Shown one piece after another: positions 25,780 to 35,283 of a stretch of DNA of 47,097 nt. Each line of letters starts with the position of its first letter. Positions within the stretch are counted from its first letter, which is position 1. A program made the translations under genes and the position numbers. The stretch covers positions 1-47,097 of the forward strand of contig JAHEIB010000001.1 in assembly GCA_024639645.1 (NCBI GenBank). Reading direction: 5' to 3'. Origin of the DNA: Deltaproteobacteria bacterium. Its GTDB lineage: Bacteria > Desulfobacterota > Desulfobacteria > Desulfobacterales > B30-G6. The notes under the pieces are model-generated. The model ran no database searches, had not been told where the DNA came from, and saw only the letters and a list, made by a program, of their open reading frames with translations.

Positions 25780-27513
25780 ATGAGCTACCGGATCACCCTG
25801 CAAGACGCCTATAAAAACTATACATTGGACCAGGACAAAATTCTGTCCCCCATGGAGACTGTCCAGCGTTTCAGGGAAAAGTTAAAATGTGTCGACCTTG
25901 ACATCCTCAAGAAAACCGAACGGATCGATAATGGCCGTCTGGGTATTCCGGTATTTTTTAGCCAATGTGGAAAAGACGCCCGGAATGTTATCGGTACAAA
26001 AAAACAAATGGGCAAAGGAGGCACCCCTCAGCAAGCTGAAGCCAGCGCAGTTATGGAGTTGGCAGAGCGTTTCAGTTTTTTCAGTTTTTGCAAAGATCCA
26101 AAAAATTTTGTGACCGGTAAACTGGCGGATATGAAAGAAAGTACCCTGCCCTTTGCAGCGATTGCCAAATCGGTCCATGATGATTCAAAAGAACTGGATA
26201 CCAGTCGTAAAATCTATGAAACACTACCCATGAAATGGACCTGGGGTTTCAATCTCACACGCAACAAACCGGTTCTCATTCCCTTTGACTGGTTTTTCAC
26301 CATCAATGAATTCAATGGACCCTCTGCAGGCAATTGTGTGGAAGAAGCCATATCCCAGGGAATTTGCGAAGTGGTTGAAAGGCATGTCTCTTCCCTCATA
26401 AGCCAGGAAAAGATATCTGTTCCTGCCATCATACCCGAGACCGCCACCGATCCTCTGGTAAAGGAAATGCTGGGGAAATATAAAGCCAACAACATTCATG
26501 TTTTTCTGTCTGATTTTTCCCTTGGCATGGGGATTCCCTCGATAGGGGTGCTGGCCTATGACCCCAGCACTTTTCCGGAAAAGAGCGAAATCGTCTGGAC
26601 GGCCGGTACCACTCCCGATCCCCAAAAAGCATTGAGCCGTGCCCTCACCGAGACCGCACAACTGGCCGGTGACTTCAACTCCGGTGCCAATTATGTGGCC
26701 AGTGGTCTTCCGAAATTCAGAAACCTGGATGCCGCAAAATTTATCATGGACACACAAAAGCATGTCAGCATGGATACATTACCGGACATCTCCAGCCCCA
26801 ACATCAAGGTAGAGGTGGAAAACAGTCTTGGCGCCTTGAAACAGAAGGGTTTTGATGTATTGGTGATCAACACGACCCATTCCCTGCTTGACATACCGGC
26901 ATTTTACACCATCATACCGGGCGCCCATTTTCGTGAAAGGGCCGCCGGAACAAGTGTAGGCATGTTTTCCGCTAAGCTCATCACAGAAAACAATCCGCCT
27001 GACAAAGCCTATGCCAGACTGCTGGAGATGGATGCAATGCTTCCCGATAAATATTACATCCATTTTTACATGGGTACCTGTCTGCTGTCCATGGGACAAC
27101 CGGGAAAAGCCCTGCCCTTCCTTGAAAACGCCCAGAAGTTGAATCCACCGGTCCAGGATATCCCAAGTATCTGTTCATACCTGGGGGTAGCGCACAAAGA
27201 ATTGGGTTCCTGGGAAAAAGCCCTTGAAATCCTCGAACAGGGAGAAACATATGACAGGGAACGCACCGACATCTACAATCTCATGGGATTTTGTCATTTC
27301 AAGCTGAAACAACATGAACAGGCCATAGAAAATTTTGCCAGGGTTTTGGAACTAAACCCGGGCTCTGCCATAGACTACGCCAATATCGGCTCCAATTACC
27401 GTGAAATGGGTGAGAAAGACAAAGCCATTTATTTTTATGAAGTGGCCCTTTCGATAGATCCGTCCATCGAATTTGCCAGGGAAAACCTGGAAAGGTTGAA
27501 GCATGCCAATTAA
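25780..27513 (+). CDS. Standalone YcaO-family protein with C-terminal TPR repeats
   Basis: GKGGTPQQAEASAVMELAERFS resembles the YcaO ATP-binding N-terminal region (compare recalled E. coli GKGATKKAALASALGEYFERLS). The C-terminus carries TPR-like repeats (AIENFARVLELNPGSAIDYANIGSNYREMGEKDKAIYFYEVALSIDPS). ATG at 25780 follows GGAG. Confidence 0.75.
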   Translation: MSYRITLQDAYKNYTLDQDKILSPMETVQRFREKLKCVDLDILKKTERIDNGRLGIPVFFSQCGKDARNVIGTKKQMGKGGTPQQAEASAVMELAERFSFFSFCKDPKNFVTGKLADMKESTLPFAAIAKSVHDDSKELDTSRKIYETLPMKWTWGFNLTRNKPVLIPFDWFFTINEFNGPSAGNCVEEAISQGICEVVERHVSSLISQEKISVPAIIPETATDPLVKEMLGKYKANNIHVFLSDFSLGMGIPSIGVLAYDPSTFPEKSEIVWTAGTTPDPQKALSRALTETAQLAGDFNSGANYVASGLPKFRNLDAAKFIMDTQKHVSMDTLPDISSPNIKVEVENSLGALKQKGFDVLVINTTHSLLDIPAFYTIIPGAHFRERAAGTSVGMFSAKLITENNPPDKAYARLLEMDAMLPDKYYIHFYMGTCLLSMGQPGKALPFLENAQKLNPPVQDIPSICSYLGVAHKELGSWEKALEILEQGETYDRERTDIYNLMGFCHFKLKQHEQAIENFARVLELNPGSAIDYANIGSNYREMGEKDKAIYFYEVALSIDPSIEFARENLERLKHAN

Positions 27514-28366
27514 ATCGACCAACAAACCCCATGGAAATGAACCTTTTCTAACCACGTCGCTTCTTGCAGCGATCGAAGCCGGAAAAGCTATCCAGAAGAT
27601 CTACCACACCGGTTTTGAGGTGGAATATAAAAAGGATGATTCCCCGCTGACTCTGGCAGACAAAACAGCTCACGACATCATTATCCGCCATTTACTGGGA
27701 TCCGGGATACCGATTCTAAGCGAGGAAGGCAAGGCCATATCGTTTCAGGATCGAAAGACTTGGGAAAGCCTGTGGATAGTGGACCCTCTGGATGGAACCA
27801 AGGAATTTGTCAAAAGGAACGGGGAGTTCACAGTCAACATCGCCCTGGTAAAAGATGGCGCACCCATCATGGGGGTCGTTTATGCACCGGACAGGGATTT
27901 GCTTTATTTTGCCATGCAGAACCTGGGTGCCTACAAAATTGCGGACCCGGAGATTATCCGCGAATATCAGGATGGAATAGCAACCAGCCGCATCACCCTG
28001 AGAGATATTTTGAAAAACGCCCTGAAGCTCCCCCTGCCCGGTCAGCAGGAAAAACCCTATACCATCGTGGGAAGCCGTTCGCATGCAACACCGGATCTGG
28101 AAATGTTCGTAGCGGATAAAAGAAAGGCTTTTGGGAAGGTTGACTTTATCCCGGCTGGCAGTTCGTTGAAAATATGCCTTGTCGCAGAAGGCCAGGCCCA
28201 TATATATCCCAGGCTAGCACCGACGATGGAATGGGACACGGCCGCAGGGCATGCCGTTGCAATATATTCCGGAGCCCGGATTTATGAACACGAATCAGGT
28301 GAAACCCTCAAGTACAACAAAGAGAACCTGCTCAATCCTTGGTTTATAGTGGAGCGTGAGCTATAA
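27503..28366 (+). CDS. cysQ: 3'(2'),5'-bisphosphate nucleotidase
   Basis: WIVDPLDGTKEFVKRNGEFTVNIAL and GSSLKICLVAEGQAHIYPRLAPTMEWDTAAGHAV are colinear with recalled E. coli CysQ. Overlaps the YcaO stop by 11 nt. Confidence 0.85.
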   Translation: MPIKSTNKPHGNEPFLTTSLLAAIEAGKAIQKIYHTGFEVEYKKDDSPLTLADKTAHDIIIRHLLGSGIPILSEEGKAISFQDRKTWESLWIVDPLDGTKEFVKRNGEFTVNIALVKDGAPIMGVVYAPDRDLLYFAMQNLGAYKIADPEIIREYQDGIATSRITLRDILKNALKLPLPGQQEKPYTIVGSRSHATPDLEMFVADKRKAFGKVDFIPAGSSLKICLVAEGQAHIYPRLAPTMEWDTAAGHAVAIYSGARIYEHESGETLKYNKENLLNPWFIVEREL

Positions 28367-28462
28367 GCAGTAAGCTTAAAGCCGTCGATAGTTGAAGACG
28401 GCCGCCTAACTTCCAAGCCCCCCAGCCACGGTTTCTTGAGCAGTTTACCGCTTATAGCATTA
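28363..28462. repeat. TAAGC-heptad element, split copy
   Basis: Left units are ataagc agtaagc ttaaagc (28363-28382) and right units are tttacc gcttata gcatta (28444-28462). They are separated by about 60 nt that contain their own hairpin, gccgtc...gacggc. Confidence 0.55.
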
Positions 28463-28478
28463 TCAAAGGTCGAGCAAA

Positions 28479-30935
28479 ATGGGCGAAACAAGACTAACAA
28501 TACCTATCACCGGCATGACATGTGCCAATTGTGCCATGAATATCGAGCGCAACGTGGCCAAGTTGAATGGGGTGGATGGGGTCAGCGTCAATTTTGCATC
28601 GGAACATGCCTCGGTTCATTTCGATCCCAAACAGACCAGTCTCCAGGATATTCTATCCAAGATTCAGAGCATCGGATTTTCGGTCCCTAAGGCTGAAATC
28701 GATTTCCCGGTCACGGGTATGACATGCGCCAACTGTTCTGCCAACATCGAACGCGCTTTAAATAAAAAAGTTCTGGGTGTTACCAGGGCATCTGTCAATC
28801 TGGCCACCGATCGAGCGTTTGTGGAATATATCCCGGGAATCGCTGCACCGGATGATATTTATGCTGCGGTAACCAACGCCGGTTATGGTGTCATCCCGCC
28901 CGAAGATGCCGGAGAAGAAGATGCGGAGCAGGCTGCTCGAAATGCTGAAATCCAAAATCAAACCCGAAAATTTCTCATTGGCGTGATTTTCACCCTGCCC
29001 CTCTTCATCCTCAGTATGGCGCGGGATTTTCATTTGACAGGCCCCTGGAGTCATGCCGTCTGGGTCAACTGGCTTTTCCTGGCCCTGGCCACGCCGGTAC
29101 AGTTTTATACCGGCTGGGACTACTACGTGGGGGGTTTTAAGAGCCTTAAAAACAAAAGCGCCAACATGGACGTTCTGGTAGCCATGGGTTCGTCCGTGGC
29201 CTATGTCTATTCACTGGCACTGCTCCTATTTTCCTCTTTGGGAAATCACGTCTATTTTGAAACATCTGCCGTCATCATCACCCTTATTAAGCTGGGAAAA
29301 CTACTTGAGTCCCGCACCAAGGGGAAAACCGGTGGTGCCATTCGCAAACTCATGGGACTTCGGCCCAAGACCGCCACCATCATTGAAGATGGTGCCGAAA
29401 GAGAGGTTCCCCTTTCGCGTGTTAAAAAAGGTGATCTGGTCTTGGTTCGCCCGGGGGAACAGATGCCGGTGGACGGTACCATCCAGGCAGGTGCTTCAGC
29501 TGTGGATGAATCCATGTTGAGCGGTGAACCCTTACCGGTGGACAAAAAATTTGGGGACACTGTCATCGGCGGTACCATCAATGGCCAAGGCATGCTGCAA
29601 TTTACAGCAACCCGTGTGGGCAAGGAAACCGCCTTGGCTCAGATCATCAAACTGGTCCAGGACGCCCAGGGAAGCAAAGCACCCATCCAGGCATTGGCTG
29701 ACAAAGTAGCCGCCATCTTTGTCCCCGCCATTATCATCATTGCCTTTCTGGTCTTTTTTCTCTGGTGGTGGGCAGATGGCGCATTCGTACCGGCAATGAT
29801 TCGAATGGTGGCCGTTCTGGTGATTGCCTGCCCCTGCGCTCTTGGTCTTGCCACACCAACGGCTATCATGGCGGGAACTGGAAAAGGCGCTGAAAACAAT
29901 ATTCTTTTTAAGGACAGCGCTGCCCTTGAGACCGCATCCAGTCTCGACACCATTCTGCTGGACAAGACCGGCACCATTACCATGGGCAAACCAGCAGTGG
30001 TGGATGTGTTGCCTTTCGAACCCGTGTGCGACACACCCGATGCCTTGCTCAAACTCGCTGCATCGGTGGAAAAAGGCTCTGAGCACCCGCTGGGCAGAGC
30101 GATTGTAAGGGAAGCTGGAAATAGATCCATCGAACTGGCGTCACCCGAAAACTTCAAAGCTTCCGGTGGTATGGGTGTCGAGGCCGACATCGATGGGAAA
30201 CGAATCAAAATTGGGAAGCCCAATTGGTTTGTTGGTGAAGATACTGCAGAAGTAATGGATCCAGCAGTAACGGCTGACAGGATCCGCACACTACAGTCTG
30301 AGGGCAAAACCGTCATGGTGGTGGTAGCCGATAAAGAGATTTACGGTCTCATTACCGTGGCCGACACTATCAAGCCTGAATCGAGGGCAGCCATCAAAAC
30401 ATTACAGGACATGCACATCAATGTGGGCATGCTTACAGGCGACAACCAGCAGACGGCTCAGGTAATTGCTAATGAATGCGGGATCCATGATGTGTATGCG
30501 GAAGTACGACCTGATGAAAAAGCATCCATTGTAGAAAAAGTTCAAAACCAAGGCCACAGGGTCGGCATGGTGGGGGATGGCATCAATGATGCCCCAGCTT
30601 TAGCCACGGCAGATGTAGGCATGGCCATTGGCAGCGGTACAGACGTGGCCATGGAAACCGCCGGGATTATTCTCTCCGGCAACAGCCTCACGGGTGTTTC
30701 CAGAGCCATTCGCCTCAGCAAGGCCACCATGCGAACAATCCGCCAAAACCTGTTCTGGGCCTTTTTCTACAACCTCGCTCTGATACCCATTGCCGCCGGT
30801 ATCCTTTATCCGTTCGAGACGGCACCTGGTTTTCTGCGGCAATTGCACCCCATCATGGCGGCACTGGCCATGTCTGTCAGTAGCGTCACGGTTGTAACAA
30901 ACAGCCTGAGGCTTTACAGGACAAAGATCAACTAG
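28479..30935 (+). CDS. copA: Copper-translocating P1B-type ATPase
   Basis: Two N-terminal GMTCANC metal-binding domains, a CPC TM motif, [15 protein letters not shown]. Confidence 0.92.
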   Translation: MGETRLTIPITGMTCANCAMNIERNVAKLNGVDGVSVNFASEHASVHFDPKQTSLQDILSKIQSIGFSVPKAEIDFPVTGMTCANCSANIERALNKKVLGVTRASVNLATDRAFVEYIPGIAAPDDIYAAVTNAGYGVIPPEDAGEEDAEQAARNAEIQNQTRKFLIGVIFTLPLFILSMARDFHLTGPWSHAVWVNWLFLALATPVQFYTGWDYYVGGFKSLKNKSANMDVLVAMGSSVAYVYSLALLLFSSLGNHVYFETSAVIITLIKLGKLLESRTKGKTGGAIRKLMGLRPKTATIIEDGAEREVPLSRVKKGDLVLVRPGEQMPVDGTIQAGASAVDESMLSGEPLPVDKKFGDTVIGGTINGQGMLQFTATRVGKETALAQIIKLVQDAQGSKAPIQALADKVAAIFVPAIIIIAFLVFFLWWWADGAFVPAMIRMVAVLVIACPCALGLATPTAIMAGTGKGAENNILFKDSAALETASSLDTILLDKTGTITMGKPAVVDVLPFEPVCDTPDALLKLAASVEKGSEHPLGRAIVREAGNRSIELASPENFKASGGMGVEADIDGKRIKIGKPNWFVGEDTAEVMDPAVTADRIRTLQSEGKTVMVVVADKEIYGLITVADTIKPESRAAIKTLQDMHINVGMLTGDNQQTAQVIANECGIHDVYAEVRPDEKASIVEKVQNQGHRVGMVGDGINDAPALATADVGMAIGSGTDVAMETAGIILSGNSLTGVSRAIRLSKATMRTIRQNLFWAFFYNLALIPIAAGILYPFETAPGFLRQLHPIMAALAMSVSSVTVVTNSLRLYRTKIN

Positions 30936-30986
30936 AAATAAATATAGAGGATGGGGTTGCAATACCGAAAAATGGAATTACTATAT

Positions 30987-31022
30987 CACCCACCCTGCCG
31001 AACCGCGGCGGGGTGTTTTATT
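30987..31022 (+). terminator. Possible intrinsic terminator after copA
   Basis: caccc-a-ccct-gccg aaccg cggc-g-gggtg followed by ttttatt. The stem is imperfect. Confidence 0.4.
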
Positions 31023-31068
31023 ATATGGCGAGCCCATTCTGCTCGCTATAAACACTCAGGAGAATAAA

Positions 31069-31632
31069 ATGACAGACATTTCAAAAATCACACTTTACAG
31101 TGGCGGCCACAAGGGAGCCGAGGCAGCATTCGGCAAACTTGCCGAGGACTGGAACATGAATGAGGTAAACGTATCATTTGAAGGACACATTGCCGAGCGT
31201 ACCCGTGGTGTTTTGTTATTGACCACTGAAGAACTTCAAAAAGGCGATGTCAGCATGGAAATCGTATCCAAGCGCATGAACCGGACCTACTCACGTGGGA
31301 ATAAAATCAGAAAAGTCATCCAGTCCATTTTTCACATGGTCAACAGCGGCTATCATGTTGTTGCTGTCGGCTGGATACAGGCTGACAACACCGTCAAGGG
31401 TGGAACCGGCTGGGGCGTCGAATTGGCGAAGCTATTTAACCGGCCGCTGAGCGTTTATGACCAGGAGCGAAAGGAATGGTTTTCATGGGAAAACAGCCAA
31501 TGGGTCGCGAACACCCCGGTTATTACATCCGATACCTTTGCCGGCACCGGAACCCGCTTTCTTTCCGAGGACGGTCAAAAGGCTCTTTATGATCTTTTTG
31601 TGCGCTCCTTTGGTCCGTTGGAAAACAATTAA
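31069..31632 (+). CDS. Hypothetical protein, tentatively SLOG/LOG-superfamily Rossmann-like
   Basis: LYSGGHKGAEAAFGKLA and VKGGTGWGVELAK resemble the GGxxGxxxxA and GGxG(T/W)xxE signatures of SLOG/LOG-like folds. This is a weak assignment made by eye only. Confidence 0.35.
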   Translation: MTDISKITLYSGGHKGAEAAFGKLAEDWNMNEVNVSFEGHIAERTRGVLLLTTEELQKGDVSMEIVSKRMNRTYSRGNKIRKVIQSIFHMVNSGYHVVAVGWIQADNTVKGGTGWGVELAKLFNRPLSVYDQERKEWFSWENSQWVANTPVITSDTFAGTGTRFLSEDGQKALYDLFVRSFGPLENN

Positions 31633-31636
31633 CAGC

Positions 31637-31694
31637 GGTAAGCAGTAAGCCATAAGCTGGCTAACTGCTTACCGCTTATAGCTTATGGCTTACC
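31637..31694. repeat. TAAGC-heptad palindrome
   Basis: ggtaagc agtaagc cataagc tggctaact gcttacc gcttata gcttatg gcttacc. The right-hand units encode the C-terminal SGKP and the stop of the ParA-like gene. Confidence 0.9.
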
Positions 31695-32471
31695 GCTCAA
31701 AAATTCATCGGCAAAGGCCTTGTAATCAAGAGCACCAAAGGAAGTTGTCCGGTAGAACACCACGGGCTTCCCTACTTCGGCGGAGTCGGCAATGGTGGTG
31801 TTTGAACGGATGACGGTGTGATACATGAATTTTTGGGTGCGCTGGTCCTTCCTGAGCCTGTCCAATGTGTTGTGGCTTACGCGGGTCCGCCTGTCGAACA
31901 TGGTCGCAAGAATTCCCGACAGTCTCAGATCGGGATTGATTTCACCTTGGACCGCCTCGATGGTGTCGAACAGCTCCGACAGCGCATCAAACGCGTAAGG
32001 ATGGGTCTGGCATGGTACGATCACGGACCCGGCACAGGCAAATACGTTTACGGTCAGCAGCGACAGACTCGGGGGCGTATCCAGAATCACAATATCATAC
32101 ACGCCTCCCAAGGGTTCCATGGCTTGCTTCAGCCGGTTTTCACGACCGACAACGTCCACCAGCTCCACTTCCGCGCCGGCTAGATCAACATGGGCAGGGA
32201 TAAGATCCAGGCCCTTCCATTTTGTTTGAACAACCGCATCCCCGGCAGCAACCGTTTCTGGTTGGCATACCATATCATAGGCTGTCGCATGTAAGTCATC
32301 CAAGTCGACCCCCAAACCCCGGGTTGCGTTAGCCTGGGGATCCATGTCAACCACCAGAACCGTTTTCCCTTTCAACGACAATGCTGCAGCCAGGTTAATG
32401 GCCGTAACAGTTTTTCCGACACCCCCTTTTTCATTTGCCACGGCAATGATTGCGGCTGATTTATCCTGCAT
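31683..32471 (-). CDS. ParA/MinD-family ATPase
   Basis: Deviant Walker A NEKGGVGKTVTAINLA, DMDPQANAT, ILDTPPSLS. Confidence 0.85.
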   Translation of the reverse strand: MQDKSAAIIAVANEKGGVGKTVTAINLAAALSLKGKTVLVVDMDPQANATRGLGVDLDDLHATAYDMVCQPETVAAGDAVVQTKWKGLDLIPAHVDLAGAEVELVDVVGRENRLKQAMEPLGGVYDIVILDTPPSLSLLTVNVFACAGSVIVPCQTHPYAFDALSELFDTIEAVQGEINPDLRLSGILATMFDRRTRVSHNTLDRLRKDQRTQKFMYHTVIRSNTTIADSAEVGKPVVFYRTTSFGALDYKAFADEFLSGKP

Positions 32472-32508
32472 GTTTTCCTCCTTTGATCAGCGTTAGGTCC
32501 TGTGTATA

Positions 32509-32565
32509 GGATTGAAGAACCTCGCAGCAAGCTACGGGGTTAGCGCTCGCTGCTGCGGTTCAATC
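32509..32565. repeat. Hairpin repeat family C, copy 1
   Basis: ggattgaagaacc-t-cgcagca...tgctgcg-gttcaatc. It shares its termini and the cgggg..gcgctcgc core with 36382-36460. Confidence 0.65.
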
Positions 32566-32696
32566 TCAAAATTATGTTTCGTTTCATTCTATGTACTGCT
32601 ATTTTTTTTCCAACTCCCCAGAACTTGATCCTTGGAATTTTCTGTCGGGGCATTTTTGGTCACTTATTGACGTGTGCCCTGCAGCAAGCCCTGGAC

Positions 32697-34958
32697 TTAA
32701 GGCTTGCCGTTTTGGTTCAGAATCGATTCGACATCTTCCCTAAGCCGCTCAACCTGCGTCTGATAATTCCTGGCGGTTTCCCCAATTTTTTGTAAGCTTT
32801 CTTTGATGCGCCCCTTGTCTAAATGATCCTCTTTGACCATCTCAATCATTTTTGAAGCGTCCGTAAAATAAACCTGAAAACGTTCCCGGAGAACATCATT
32901 GAGCTCATGAACCATGGCATCCGTCAATCGAAACAGGTATTGAAACTTGACATTCTCCTGATAATCCCTGAACTGATCACTGATGGATCGAACCGTCTCC
33001 AGCTTCATTCGTCTGAAACCATCCTCCAGGGCTTTTTGTTTTCTGCGTTTTTGTCGAAGCTCCGTTTTTTTCAGCAGTTTCTGAAATACCTTCATGACCG
33101 AATAGAGACCCAAGTGCATAACCGCCTCTGTTTTTATTCTGGCAGAATAACGCATGGTCGTTTCCACCGGAGGCAGACTCAGTTTTTCCCTCAATTTGAG
33201 AGCCTTCAGATCCGCCAAAACCATCCTGTTTCCAAGATTTTTGGGTTGGGGTGCGCCCGTATCTGCCATGGATGCCTCGTAATCAGACATTGCCTCCTCC
33301 ACCATAGAAGCATACGGTGTTGCAACCGATTCAAGATGAGACTTGATTTTCTCCTCTTCCTCCCGAATAAATTTCACAATTCTGGGATGAATCGTTTCAG
33401 CGAGATGGGAGTCAACCGCAGCCTTGAAATCCTGGAAAACCATGTAAAGCATCTCCGTAAAGCGCGATGAATCCAGACTTGATTCGTAGGTTTCAAAGTT
33501 GAGTTGAAAGTTTCTGATAAAGGCAACCATGTCTTTTACCACCGTACCGTTCCGGGCATCAAAAAACCTGTCAATGGTCTGCTTTAGATTCTGATTGATT
33601 TTACGGGAGGCCCCCTCCAAAGTATTTTTCACCAGCGAAGCAATCTGTGTCATCTGCTGTTGATGGTGAGTCATTTTTTCGATGAGCGATGCCGCCCCTT
33701 CTGCATCCCCGCCCAAAACCTCCTGGTGAATGTCAGCCCAGTGGACCAGAGACTCGGATACAATACTCAGACGTTCAATATTGTTTTTCACCATTAGAGA
33801 ATAGTGTTCTTCTACTAACTTGGAAGAAAAATCAGTGCTGAACCTTTGTGTCTCAGCATCTGAAAAAGCGATAAAAGACGTCTCAGACTCCCATTGCGAA
33901 AAGCGCATTTCATCCCTTTGTGACATGGATTTATAGGATGATTTGAAAAGATTATAAAGTGATGAAAATATGTAAACATCAGGATCGGGCAAAATGACTG
34001 ACAAGTCTTCCCTTGTGCGATCCACTAGTGAATTAAGTCCTTCCAAGGTTTCATGCTCACTGAAATCGCTATTGAGAACAAAAAGGATATTTTCAAGTAT
34101 CCCCATGTTTCTGATAATGGAGAGAAAGCGCATGTCTGCCTGGCGTAATCCCGTACGACTGCTGATGACGTAAATGATAAGGTGGGTTTTCAACAGGTAA
34201 TCCTGAATCATGGACAGATGGAGCGGGTTTGGCGAATCGCTCCCCTGACAGTCAGCAATTTCAATATCCTTACCCATATCCCCATCATTGATCTCCAAAA
34301 GTACATCCTTCAGGTAGACTGCCAGATGATCGCTACCCACAAATGTCTTCTGCTCGCCGAACAGGTCATCCTCGTATACTTTGGAAAGGTTGTCCGAAGT
34401 GATAATATTTTTTACCAGATCATATCCCTTTAAATAGGAATCGATAAGAATACTATTGGTGTTGCGCACGCCATTTGTTAGCAGGAGATTGGGTTGAATG
34501 TTCTTAAGAGCTGTGGCCAATGCACGCCGATCACTATCCCTGCGAATATCAAATCTGGCCTCATCCGATTCCCATGCATGTGTGGGAAATAGTGTCAAAG
34601 CCCGGGACATCTCTTCGTTCACATCATCCCAGGATTTGAAATGGAGTTTTGCCTTCAGATAGGGGCCTTTCCGAATTCTCGTGACAATCGATGTTACCAC
34701 ACCGGCTCCCCTATTGAGGTAGTCTGCCTTTAACAGTGAGTTCACAAATGTGCTTTTACCGGATTTGATGGCACCCACCACGGCCACACGAATGATGTTT
34801 TCATCCAACTGCTTCTTGATCGCCTGACATATCGTTTCCCATTCTTTGAACGAGGCCAAACCAACATCCGGCAAGTTTCTTTGGGAAGCTAAAAAGGTGG
34901 AAATGCTTGTGCAGAGCTTCTGTAGATCGTCTTTAACTATATAAAACGAGGTCATCAT
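32697..34958 (-). CDS. Dynamin-like large GTPase with long C-terminal helical region
   Basis: P-loop GAIKSGKSTFVNSLL, IADCQG (DxxG), then about 450 aa of predicted helical/coiled sequence. I set the start at the ATG pair at 34956-34958 because the upstream 45 codons lie on a non-coding repeat. Confidence 0.7.
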   Translation of the reverse strand: MMTSFYIVKDDLQKLCTSISTFLASQRNLPDVGLASFKEWETICQAIKKQLDENIIRVAVVGAIKSGKSTFVNSLLKADYLNRGAGVVTSIVTRIRKGPYLKAKLHFKSWDDVNEEMSRALTLFPTHAWESDEARFDIRRDSDRRALATALKNIQPNLLLTNGVRNTNSILIDSYLKGYDLVKNIITSDNLSKVYEDDLFGEQKTFVGSDHLAVYLKDVLLEINDGDMGKDIEIADCQGSDSPNPLHLSMIQDYLLKTHLIIYVISSRTGLRQADMRFLSIIRNMGILENILFVLNSDFSEHETLEGLNSLVDRTREDLSVILPDPDVYIFSSLYNLFKSSYKSMSQRDEMRFSQWESETSFIAFSDAETQRFSTDFSSKLVEEHYSLMVKNNIERLSIVSESLVHWADIHQEVLGGDAEGAASLIEKMTHHQQQMTQIASLVKNTLEGASRKINQNLKQTIDRFFDARNGTVVKDMVAFIRNFQLNFETYESSLDSSRFTEMLYMVFQDFKAAVDSHLAETIHPRIVKFIREEEEKIKSHLESVATPYASMVEEAMSDYEASMADTGAPQPKNLGNRMVLADLKALKLREKLSLPPVETTMRYSARIKTEAVMHLGLYSVMKVFQKLLKKTELRQKRRKQKALEDGFRRMKLETVRSISDQFRDYQENVKFQYLFRLTDAMVHELNDVLRERFQVYFTDASKMIEMVKEDHLDKGRIKESLQKIGETARNYQTQVERLREDVESILNQNGKP

Positions 34959-34978
34959 GATACTGGTCCCAACTACTC

Positions 34979-35088
34979 CTGACTTATACCGCTTGTCATA
35001 ATAATGTTCCGAAAATAGGATGGCGGCATAAGGGTTTGCAGCAGAAAAACGGTCCTCAATCGGAACGTTTTTCTGACAACCCCTATAT
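34979..35088. repeat. About 107 nt structured repeat, copy 2
   Basis: Near-identical to 24263-24369. Contains a perfect hairpin cagaaaaacg (35042-35051) / cgtttttctg (35066-35075). Confidence 0.85.
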
Positions 35089-35283
35089 GTCAATACAAAC
35101 CCGACAAACCTAATAAGCGCTAAGGATGCAAATTATCCAAAGGATGCTATAGAATCAATGAACCAATAAGTCCTATTTACATGGAGTGAAACGGATTGTC
35201 AAAGGGAATGGCTTGTAAAATCTATGGGTTTGTGGTATGCAGTAGAAATAAAAAAATGATTATCTAAAGGGGAAATAATATTC

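Noticed and set aside
25162-27513. YcaO region as a RiPP (thiopeptide, azoline or thioamide) biosynthetic cluster.
   Set aside because: No precursor peptide, E1-like/Ocin-ThiF partner, TfuA, dehydrogenase or transporter is adjacent. The architecture matches orphan YcaO proteins. I kept it only as a moderate-interest finding.
29252-30316. Minus-strand ORFs inside copA (29252-29623, 29532-30086, 29639-30316).
   Set aside because: They are nested antisense to a P-type ATPase gene with a complete motif set, and their Ala/Gly/Pro/Ser-rich composition looks like an antisense artefact.
24263-35088. Possible genomic island: direct repeats 10.7 kb apart enclosing a tRNA-Ala, a parA-like gene and copA.
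   Set aside because: No integrase, recombinase or transposase is present. The repeats do not overlap the tRNA 3' end. The content (cysQ, copA, ycaO) looks chromosomal, and I see no obvious compositional break. The repeat is better explained as a structured or regulatory element.
34959-35093. The 45-codon N-terminal extension of the dynamin-like ORF (track start 35093).
   Set aside because: These codons lie entirely on the 107 nt repeat. The repeat's other copy (24263-24369) has the same frame open but no start codon and sits between convergent genes. The inter-copy differences are 1 synonymous and 3 non-synonymous, so there is no sign of coding constraint. I moved the start to the ATG pair at 34956-34958.
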